Source: Azolla caroliniana (lineage: Eukaryota > Plantae > Polypodiophyta). Taken from it: a stretch of 64,000 nt of DNA. Each line of letters opens with the position of its first letter. The stretch's first letter is position 1. The stretch covers positions 4,030,001 to 4,094,000 of the forward strand of contig JBHGNT010000020.1 of assembly GCA_043228905.1 (NCBI GenBank), given 5' to 3'. Below the pieces are notes generated by a model. That model saw only the letters and a list, made by a program, of their open reading frames with translations. It searched no databases and was not told where the DNA came from. The translations under genes and the position numbers were made by a program. This document shows positions 53,801 to 64,000 of this stretch, in pieces.

Positions 53801-54717
53801 CCTCCCCGTCACTGTAAACCGATCGTATGCAAGTGGGTGTACAAGGTAATGTACAATGCCGACGGTATAGTTAACCGGTACAAGGCCCGATTAGTGGCGA
53901 AGGGATATGCGCAGACCCACGGAATCGACTACGACGAGACCTTCGCTCTTGTAGCGAAGATGACGACGGTTCATGTGGTACCGGCGGTTGCAGTGGCAAG
54001 GGGGTGGCATCTTCATCAGATGGATGTGAAGAATGCCTTCCTTCAAGGAGATCTTGAAGAAGAAGTCTTTATGACTCAGCCCCTCGGATTTCAGTCGGAG
54101 GTGAACAAGTCGGCGGTTTGCCGGCTGAGGAAGTCGCTGTACGGCTTGAAGCAAGCCCCCCGTGCTTGGAATGCTAAGATCACGCACCGGTTCCGAAAGA
54201 TGGGGTTTGTTTCCTCTAAGTCAGACTCTTCCCTGTTCATTCGTCAAGGCTCAAACGGTTCGGTGTGTATCTTTCTCTATGTTGATGATTTAGTCATCAC
54301 CGACACAGGTCTTCCGGAAATCAACCGCGTCAAGTCCCAGTTATCGGACCATTCGATATGAAGGACTTGGGGGACCTTCATTATTTTTTGGGGATCGAGG
54401 TGATCCGCACCCTCGACGGCATATTGCTTTCTCAACGCCATTATGTGTTGAATATGCTGTACAAGTTTGGCATGACGGAATGCTGACCTGTCTCTACACC
54501 CCTGGACCGGAATCAGAAGATCCGTCCTGACTCCGAACCAGCTTGCGATGAGAAACGGTTCCGACAAATAGTCGAAAGCCTGATCTACTTGACCATCACC
54601 CGACCCGACATTAGCTATCCGGTCCGAGTGGTAAGCCAATTCATGCAGAAGCCGACCGTGGAGCACCTTCAGTGCGCGCAACGAATACTGAGGTATGTAA
54701 GCGGCACTAAGGACCGG

Positions 54718-54731
54718 TTTAGGGTTTAGGG
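54718..54731 (+). repeat. Two plant telomere repeats (TTTAGGG)2 inserted in A3 pol
   Basis: gaccgg-tttagggtttagg-gggctcttatac versus uninterrupted gaccgaggattgttatac (DRGLLY) in A2 at ~28628. Confidence 0.8.
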
Positions 54732-54859
54732 GGCTCTTATACTGGCAAGGTATAACCGAAGAGCTTGTCAGTTACACGGATGCCGATTGGGCTGGCCATG
54801 CAACGGATCGTCGCTCAACCTCCGGCTTTATGTTTTCTCTTGGGAGTGCGACTGTTGCG

Positions 54860-57800
54860 TGTCATGATATGGCAAGACTCGAACCCATGACCTTAGGTTA
54901 TATGGGTCGAGCTCTTGACCATTAGATCATCTATTGTAATACGTAGGATATTATTTTCATTTACATTTTATTATAGGAAATTAGTGTATATTCCAGATTT
55001 CTCTGGAACATTCTAGAAGCTTCAGGATTACTCCTGAAAACACTATAAAAGAGGGCACTAGGCATTATGTTGAACCAAATTGGTTCAACGCTAGTCTTAA
55101 GCCTTTTAGCCACCATTGTATATTCTCTTCATATAATACATATCTATCTTATCATCACACACACACACACACTCTCTCTCTCTCTCTCTCTCTTTCTCTC
55201 TGTCTCACTCACTTCTTCCTTCTCTCGAAGAAGTTCCACACCTCTCATAGTACTAATCCTTCGTTTAGTACTAATTCCTTCTCTATCTCAGTACTGTTCA
55301 TGACAGTTTGAACCAATTTTCCCTACCTTCTGTCTCTCTCATTTCCTACTAATCTTTTATTCCTCTTTTCTTTCATCCCATGGCCACTGTTAGCACTGAA
55401 GAATATCAATCTGTTTTCTCGGAATTTCAATGCTTGAAGGAGAAGTTCCATGCTTTGGAACAAGAAAACCAACAGTTGCTCGGGGATCTTCAGCAAATCT
55501 CCTTAGAAAAGCAGCAAACGCAACAAAAACATGGGGAACTTGCGTTACGCGTGCAACAACTCGAAGCAACCATCGTAGCGATGCAACAACAAGGGCTCGG
55601 AACACAAGGGATTCATAAAGAACCCAAGATTGGCCTTCCCACGAAGTTCGATGGAACGCGATCGTAGTTTAGAGGGTTCCTTAACCAGGTACGATTAGTT
55701 ATTCAAATGCATCCTTCCCGATATCCCACCGATGCATCACAAGTGGGTTTAGTAGGCACTTTGTTAAGTGGCTCAGCGTTGTCATGGTTCGCTCCACTAT
55801 TAGAAAAGGAATCTCCGTTACTCAACAATTTTGAAGAGTTTCTAGGTGAGTTTAAAGCATGTTTCGGAGATACTGACAACATCAGGACCGCAATCAACAA
55901 AATCCGGCGATTACGCCAAGGTGACCGTCCAGCCTCCGCATACGCTACAGATTATCGCCTACTCGCCGCCGATATCCCTTGGGATGATCAAGCGTTGATG
56001 GAGCAATTCCGTTATGGTTTACGCAACGACGTCAAGGATTTACTATTGACCTTCCCCGAAGAGCCAAAGTCCTTAACAGAAGCAATCAGTCGCGCGGTGA
56101 GATGTGACAACCGCCTCTTTGAGCGATGTTCAGAACGACAGCTACAGATGCTGAGGGCAAGATTAGAGCCCACCTACGCCTCAGTGGTAGCAAGACCTTT
56201 TCCAAGGGAGTCATATAATGCGCCTCCAGCGAATACTCCGACTCCGATGGAGATTGACACTACACGTCGTCGAGGGCCATTATCCGAAGAAGAAAAGCAG
56301 CGACGCCGTACAAATTGACTATGTCTTTACTGCGGTGGACTAGGACATATCGCAATAAATTGCCCCCATAGGCCAAGAAGACAAGTAAACCAAATAGTCG
56401 CTAGTTCTAATTGTACTAAATCCGAGCCTATTTCAGTAGCGATATTAGATAGTCCTAATAGTACTAATATCCCAGATCTAGCAAACAAATTTGATGTCCT
56501 TAGTCAGTTAGAAGAAGAGTTAAACGACTAAGTCCAGCCAAAATAGGAGCCGTTTGGTTGGATAGCCCTAGATTTGTGCAGCCCATTAGTGGTTCCATTC
56601 CCTCTAAGCAAGTTAGTGATGTGTTCGTAGCCCAAGTAATAGTTAGTACTAAAAGTACCCCTCCAGTACATGTCCTAGCACTCCTAGATTCCGGAGCTAA
56701 CTCTTGCTTTATGGATAAGAAATTTGCTCAAGCTCATAAGATATCCCTAAGAAAACTCCAGTGTCCAACCTCTGTAGTAGACATTGATGGACGTCCCATT
56801 GCTTCCGGAAATATCATAGAAGAGTCAGAGCCCATTAATATTGTCCTAGATAACTTAGCATGTGTAGTATCATTTAATATTAGTAGTATCCCAGAACATC
56901 CTATAGTTTTAGGATTACCGTGGTTCGAGTTACATAACCCAGACATAGATTGGAGAACAAGAGAAATCCGGTGTCGACAAACCCAAGGGTCAACTCAGAA
57001 GATGGCAACCATTTCGCTACGTCAGTTGCGTAAAGAAGGGCGCAAGGAGGAAATGTTCCTCTTTGCAATATCAGTAAACCCCTCCAGCACCACTAAAGAA
57101 GAATCCACCATTCAACTTCCCGAGAAGTATCGTCATTACGCCGATGTGTTTGATAAAGTACAAGCCAACACACTTCCTCATCATCGACCGTACGATTGCC
57201 CCATCGATTTACAACCGGGAAAAGAGCCGCCATGGGGACCGATCTACAATTTGTCACCAACCGAGTTGGAAGTCCTTCGGGCCTATATAGAGGAGAATTT
57301 GGAAAATGGTTTCATTCGGCATTCGAAATCTCCAGCCGGCGCGCCCATTTTCTTCGTAAAAAAAAAAGATGGATCGCTTCGTCTCGTTGTAGATTACCGT
57401 GGCTTGAATAAGGTTACAATCAGGAATAGGTATGCTCTTCCCCTTATCTCAAGTCTTTTAGAACGGATCAATGGTGCCAGGTTCTTCACGAAGATCGACT
57501 TACGAGGAGCATATAACCTCGGACGGATCCGACTAGGAGACGAATGGAAGACCGCGTTTCGCACCAGATATGGGCACTTCGAGTATACGGTCATGCCGTT
57601 CGGCCTCACTAATGCGCCGATAGTCTTCCAACACATGGCTAATGATATATTCCGAGATCTATTGGATGATTGTTTGATCATCTATTTGGATGATCTACTG
57701 GTTTATTCAAAGACCCAAGAAGAACATGATTCTCATGTACTATTAGTACTAAAACGACTTCGAGAACATGGTCTGTATGCAAAGCTGGAAAAATGTAGTT

Positions 57801-60416
57801 TCGGGTGCAACCAAGTGGAATTTCTCGGCTACATCATTTCGTCAGAAGGCATCTCCATGGACCCAGCTAAGGTCAAAACGGTGGTAGAATGGTAGACTCC
57901 GCGTTCGGTGCGGGATGTGCAATGCTTCTTAGGCTTTGCCAATTTTTACCGGAAGTTCATACAAGATTACTCAAAGATCGTTCTACCTCTCACACAACTT
58001 ACCAGGAAGCGACAACCGTTCATTTGGCCTGAAGAAACGGACATGGCTTTTGAGAGTCTTAAAAAGGCATTTACATCGGCTCCAATTCTAGCTCATGTCG
58101 ATCCGGAAAAACCATTCATTATCGAAGCTGACGCATCGGATTTTGCATTGGGGAGCATTCTGTCACAACAGGGGAATGATGAGAGGCGACATCCTGTGGC
58201 TTTTCACTCACGCAAGTTTGACGCCGCCGAAATCAACTACGAAATTCATGATAAGGAGCTATTGGCAATAGTGGATTCTTTTATGCAATGGAGGCATTTT
58301 CTGGAGGGATCCTCTCATCCAGTCACCGTATTTAGTGACCACAAGAATCTTGCCTACTTTCAGGATGCTTGTGTGTTGAATCGACATTAAGCTCGGTGGG
58401 CCCACTTCCTCACGCGTTTCGACTTCAAAATTACATATCGTCCAGGGAGGCACCAAGGGAAGGCAGATGCATTATCACAACGTTCGTATCTAGCACCCCG
58501 TCTCGGCGAGCTAGCTTTCGATAACCAAAAACAAGTCATCTTGGGACCGACACGACTACAAGCAACACAGATCTTTGACATGCCTATGGATTCCCGCGTT
58601 ATCGATACCATACGTGAAGACTTGAAGACAGATGCGTTCGCCCAAGCTATACTAGCACAAATTGATCCCTCTCGAGCGTCGTGTTCACAGTCGCAACCAC
58701 CAGGTACGGACTATCGGCAATTCAAATACCATGATGGATTACTCTTCTTTAAAGAACTTTTGTATGTTCCTAATGGTTCTTGCCGCCTTCGGGTAGTACA
58801 AAACTGTCATGACACATATACAGCTAGGCATTTTGGTAGTACTAAAACATTACATTTAGTACAACGAACATTCTAGTGGCCCTGTATACGACAATTTGTC
58901 GAGGATTTTGTTCGGACCTGTGATACATGTTGTAGAGCGAAAATGCCAAGGCATCATCCATATGGTTTATTAGAATCATTACCAATTCCAAGAAAGCCGT
59001 GGCAATCCATTGCTCTAGACTTCATCACAGATCTTCCAGTCTCTAAGGGGTTCAATGCGATTCTAACGGTGGTCGATCGATATACGAAGATGGCTCATTT
59101 CTTGCCATGACTAAGGAGATCTCCAGTGAAGACACTGCCGAAATTGTCATGCGTGAAGTATGTCGGCATCATGGACTTCCCGATAGTATCATCAGCGACC
59201 GTGGACCCCAGTTCGTGTCAAAATTCTGGAAGCACCTTTTTAACATGCTCAAGGTCACTTGTAACCTCTCCTCCGGCTACCACCCACAAACCGACGGCCA
59301 AGCTGAACGAACAAATCAAACGTTGGAGTAGTATCTGCGGTGCTTTCTCAGCTATCATCAAGATGACTGGGCAGATATTCTCCACTTCGACGAATTTGCC
59401 TATAACAACTCTATCCACGCATCCACTAAAGTTACGCCAGTTTATGCTTATACAGGATGTCACCCCCGGTGGAGTGTACTTGAAACCCCAGAGGTGTGAA
59501 CCCCAGAGGTGTCCACAAATCCGTGCGCGGAGGATTGTTTGGAGCAGTTACGCAAGATACAAGCGGATTTATCTACTCATCTCCAACAAGCTCAACAAAC
59601 ACACAAGGTCTACGCGGATCGTCATCGACTTCCATCCAGTTTTAATATTGGAGATCGGGTGTGGCTGCTACGACGACACATCAAGACTACTCGTCCATGT
59701 GAGAAGTTAGATTATCGGCGATTAGGTCCTTTCCGTATTATTGGACAGATTAATGATGTTGCTTTTCGTCTCGATCTACCTCCTCAACTTCGGATACATC
59801 CGGTGTTTCATAGTTCTCTCCTCGAACCCTACCACGAGAGCACCATCCCAGGACGTCTTATCCAACCTCCACCCCCGATCGAGCTTGAAGATGGGCTGGA
59901 GTACGAGGTTGCCGCCATCCTTGATTCCAAGATTGTTCGCAACAAGCTCTACTATCTCATCGATTGGCTAGGCTATAGCCCCAACGAATGTACTTGGGAA
60001 CCGATCGAGAATGTGACCAATGCTCGTGCTCTTCTTGAAGACTTCGATCATCAATATCCACACAAACTAGGTCCTCAATCCAAGACGACTCGTGACACTC
60101 GTCGTTTTAAAGGGGGGATAGTGTCATGATATGGCAAGACTCGAACCCATGACCTTAGGTTATATAGGTCAAGCTCTTGACCATTAGATCATCTATTGTA
60201 ATATGTAGGATATTATTTTCATTTACATTTTATTATAGGAAATTAGTGTATATTCTAGATTTCTCTAGAACATTCTAGAAGCTTCAAGATTACTCCTGAA
60301 AACACTATAAAAGAGGGCACTAGGCATTATGTTGAACCAAATTGGTTCAACGCCAGTATTAAGCCTTTTAGCCACCATTGTATATTCTCTTCATATAATA
60401 CATATCTTTCTTATCA

Positions 60417-60447
<31 letters not shown>

Positions 60448-60551
60448 GTCTCGCTCACTTCTTCCTTCTCTCGAAGAAGTTCCACACCTCTCATAGTACT
60501 AATCCTTCATTTAGTACTAATTCCTTCTCTGTCTCAGTACTGTTCATGACA
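54860..60551 (+). mobile_element. Full-length chromovirus (Tcn1-like Ty3/gypsy) with chromodomain
   Basis: LTRs 54860-55305 and 60122-60551 (TGTCA..TGACA), TSD TTGCG, PPT AAAGGGGGGATAG; gag 55380-56531, PR LLDSGANSCF, RT YLDD, RH, INT GPF, chromodomain EYEVAAILDSKIVRNKLYYLIDWLGYSPNECTWEP; a few premature stops. Confidence 0.95.
56519..56570 (+). promoter_or_regulatory. Predicted gag-pol -1 frameshift signal (GTTAAAC + pseudoknot)
   Basis: G TTA AAC ending one codon before the gag stop TAA; pol in the -1 frame; stem TCCAGCCAAA/TTTGGTTGGA after a 7-nt spacer. Confidence 0.75.
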
Positions 60552-63500
60552 TTGCGTGGAGCAGCAAAAAGTAGCCAACAGTGGCTCTATCCAACACTGA
60601 GGCTGAATACCGGGGCGCGACTGTTGCCACCTACGAAGCCATTTGGCTTCGGCGACTATTGCAAGACCTGCGGATCAAGGTACCGACCCCGATCCTGATC
60701 TACTGCGATAACCTCAGCAGCATGCAGTTGGTCAAGAACCCTGTGTTCCATGCTCGCACAAAGCACATAGAAGTGCATTATCACTTCATGCGAGAGCGGG
60801 TCCTGAGCGGTGAAGTTGAACTACGGTATGTTCACACGGATCGGCAAGTTGCAACACTTTACCGAAATCCTTGGTGTTCAGCATCTCAACCTACCGCACT
60901 TGAGGGGGAGACACAAGGGCAAAGACACTACCGAAACGGGCAAAGGCAAAACTGTTGAACCCGTAGGTAAGAGAAGAACCTGTAGAGGTGGCGACAAGAA
61001 GAAAAATGAAGCCGAGTCGACGAAGGAAGTCGGCACATCCGAACAGGTCGGAGTAAGCGGCTGTGGAGAAGAAGTGTACACTCAGGAAGAGAAGTTCATG
61101 CTGTGCGGAGGTCATCACGATCGTAATGGCCATGATGCGTAGTCGAATGAAGAATTCGACTTCGGTGAACCAGCTGAAGAAGCCAAGGGAAGTACGGAGA
61201 AGGCCAAGATCCGGATGTGGTCCGATGTGGTGAGAGGCCTGAAGCCGAAAATCGAATCTGAGGATACTGATTCGGACAAGAGCTGGAAGGAGTCGGAGAC
61301 AGCCGATTCGGATCAATAGACGGATCCGGATGAGTCGGATCAACGAAAGGCCAAGGAGACACGGACGCAGCGGAAGTCGATGCCACCGCGGTGGAACCGA
61401 CAGATTTGCAAGCGCCAGAGTCATAGCAGCGAAGGAGCTGAGATGGGCCTATTGAGCAGACATGCCGAAGGTCGAGGCGCGCAGAACCAAAGGGGTCGTG
61501 GCAAACGGGACCGGACCGGACAAGGAGTGCGAGCAAGGCGAAGCGATGCCAGGAGAAGTCGGTTGGAAGAACCGGCTGCCACAGAGGTTGACACTACGAC
61601 CCTACCTCAGGTTGAGCTTGAGGGGGAGTTTTGAGCGGCAAGCTCAACCGGAGCCGAATCGGCTGAATAAGCTTGAGCCGGTAAGCGAGAGGAATTGGTA
61701 TGCCGGTGAGCAACCGAGCTGGTAAGCAGTAAGGACCGGTAAGCAAGAGGAGCCGGTATGCTGGATCCAATCCGTAACCGGAAGCCTAGTATAGGTTAGA
61801 CTACTAGGCAGTTATAGTCTCGTAGTTAGTGTTAGATGCTCGTGTGAGCATTGAAGTACACCGTACTTCTAACAATCCCGTGTGGACTTGTATAAATAGC
61901 GTTGATGAGCGTGTTGTATATACAGAGCACAAAGTATTCATATAATTTTGAAAATTAGTGTGTCTTGCTCTCTCTCTCTCTCTATCTCTCCTGCGTACTC
62001 TCTCTCTCTCTCCTTGTGTATTGTTCTTTCTAACGCTTCCGCAAGCAATCTTTCACATATGACACATAGTTAATGTGTAGAGAGTAGTGGTATGACTCTT
62101 GACCTTTGACTCATCATAGATTCTCAAAAGTTGTGTTCACATGTTGTGCTATGTTGAGCTTGATTCTCAACACACCCCCTCAAGCTCAATTCGGGTTGGT
62201 TCCTTTCGATTGATGTCCGCTTCGGTTGGTATCCGGTTCAGATGATCTCCGTTGTCCGTTTTGGCTCGTACCCGGTTCGGTCGGTATCCAATTCTCGTTT
62301 GTACTCCCCCTCAAGCTTGGTAAGTCAGGGAGCATAAATCCAAGGTCTGATATGAATTGCCGAAGCTTGTCGGCTCCTAGGGCTTTGGTGAAGATGTTGG
62401 CCGTCTGAAGATTCATGTTGATGTGTTGAAGGTCGACATCTCCAGCCTGTACGCTCTCTCGAATGAAGTGATAGTGCACTTCGATGTGCTTTGTGCGTGC
62501 GTGGAACACCGAGTTCCGAGCCAGATATATACTGCTCATGTTGTCGTAGTAAAGGGGAATAGGATCCTTGATGGGAACGCCCAGATCCTTCAAAATCCTC
62601 TTGAGCCATACGACTTCACATGCAGCTACGGCTGCGCCCCTGTATTCCGCCTCCGTACTCGAAAGAGCGACGATAGGATGCTTCTTGCTACTCCACGAAA
62701 TCGCTTCGCTGCCGAGGGAGAAGACAAATCCGGAGGTCGATCGTTGAGAGGCTTTGTAGCCAGCCCAGTCTGCATCTGTGTACCCTTTGAGTCTTATTGG
62801 TGTGGCCGATGCGTAGAGAACGTCGTAATCCATTGTGCCGCTCACGTATCGTAATACTTGCTTAACGCAATCCAAGTGAATGTCGCATGGTTTTTGCATG
62901 AATTGGCAGAGGAGTCTGACTGGATAGCTAAGGTCAGGTCAAGTGATCGTGAGGTAGACGAGGCTCCCGATCAGTTGACGATATTGGGTCGGCTCGGATT
63001 CATCTGTGCAAGAGTCAACATTTAGTTTGAGGTTTCGATCGAGAGGTGTAACGACCGATTTGCACTCAGTCATCCGGAACTTGTATACCGAGTTGAGAAT
63101 GTAGTGCCGTTGAGAGATCATAATGCCAACCGGAATCCGAATTACTTCGATGCCAAGGAAGTAATGGAGCTCCTTCATGTCTGTCATCTTGAATTTTCTG
63201 GAGAGGAGGGACTTGACCTTGTTGATGTCGACTAGACTTTCACCTCCAATGACCAGATCATCCACGTATAGGATGATGACAATTAAGCTTCTAGAGTCGT
63301 GTCGTACGTAGAGGGAGTTGTCGGATTTCAACATTCGAAAGCCGATTGATGAAGATATTGTGTAATCTTCGAATGCCAAGCATGCGGTGCTTGCTTGAGG
63401 CCGTAGAGAGGCTTCTTGAGTTGGCATACAGCTTTTGGATGAATGCGCGATTCGAAGCCGGGTGGTTGTACCATGTACACCTCGTCTAATTCGTCTTGAA

Positions 63501-64000
63501 GAAAGGCGTTCTTGACGTCCATTTGGTGGAGGTGCCACCCTTTTGCCACTGCAAGTGCGATCACGGTTCACACTGTCGTATTTTTGCCATCGGGGCAAAG
63601 GTCTCTTCGTAGTTGACGCCATGTGTTTGTGCGTATCCCGCTACGAGTCGAGCTTTGTAGCGGTTGATGGAGCCGTCGGCATTATACTTCACCTTGTAGA
63701 TCCATCTACATCCGATCGCCTTCCTGTGCGGTGAGTGGGGAATGATATCCCATGTGTTGTTCTTGCATAGTGCACGCATCTCCTCGTTCATTGCTTCGAT
63801 CCATCGCGGGTCCTTCGTGGCTTCGGAAAAGGTTTCTGGCTCCCCTATTGTTGCGATCTTCATCATAAAGGTGTAATGGTATGCCATATAATCGTTGTAG
63901 CCAAATCGGGTTACGGGGTTCTTTTCACGGGTGGATTGGCGGAGCTTCTCGTTTGCGGATACTACGGCGTTCTCCACTCCATTTGTCCGGATCTCAAGGC

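Larger units (their letters stand above)
50409..62057 (+). mobile_element. Full-length copia family A copy A3
   Basis: LTRs 50409-50837 and 61629-62057, PBS 50838, PPT 61619-61628, TSD TATGA; gag-PR-INT ORF 51272..53365, RT 53378..54361, RNase H resumes at 60557. Confidence 0.95.
50059..64000 (-). mobile_element. Copia family D-related element E: RT/RNase H (62186-64000) and 3' LTR (50059-50408 + 62063-62172) split by A3
   Basis: TGTAAAG..TCAACA termini, PPT 62173-62185, ILYVDDLVI, EAEYRGA, HARTKHIEVHYHF; continues beyond the window. Confidence 0.9.

Noticed and set aside
59484-59511. 15-bp tandem duplication in the chromovirus integrase
   Set aside because: An ordinary slippage/repair duplication that creates a stop; no sign of function.

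Overview
Eukaryotic land-plant DNA, most consistent with a moss such as Physcomitrium (inferred from element types: Bryco-like copias, a Tcn1-like chromovirus, a non-chromoviral Phygy/Athila-like gypsy, a DUF4100-like gypsy). About 90% of the window is nested, mostly degenerate LTR retrotransposons, resolved here by LTR termini, PBS/PPT and 5-bp target-site duplications (TSDs). It includes a 4-level nest at 22441-43476, a 3-level nest at 50059-64000 and two LINE 3' ends. One probable host gene lies at 44009-46329 (3 exons, organelle-targeting N-terminus, S1 RNA-binding domain). The most interesting signals are cis-acting. (i) Tf1-type self-priming sites co-vary between an autonomous chromovirus and a 2.1-kb non-coding element. 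(ii) Two -1 frameshift cassettes (slippery heptamer, 7-nt spacer, pseudoknot) are present, one placed after the protease. (iii) A gypsy family carries a large extra 3' ORF that can be reconstructed from two copies. (iv) Copia Pol has an in-frame C-terminal extension past a first PPT with a conserved KAKxRxWSDVV motif. (v) Telomere repeats are inserted inside a copia pol. All analysis was by eye; lineage names are inferences.
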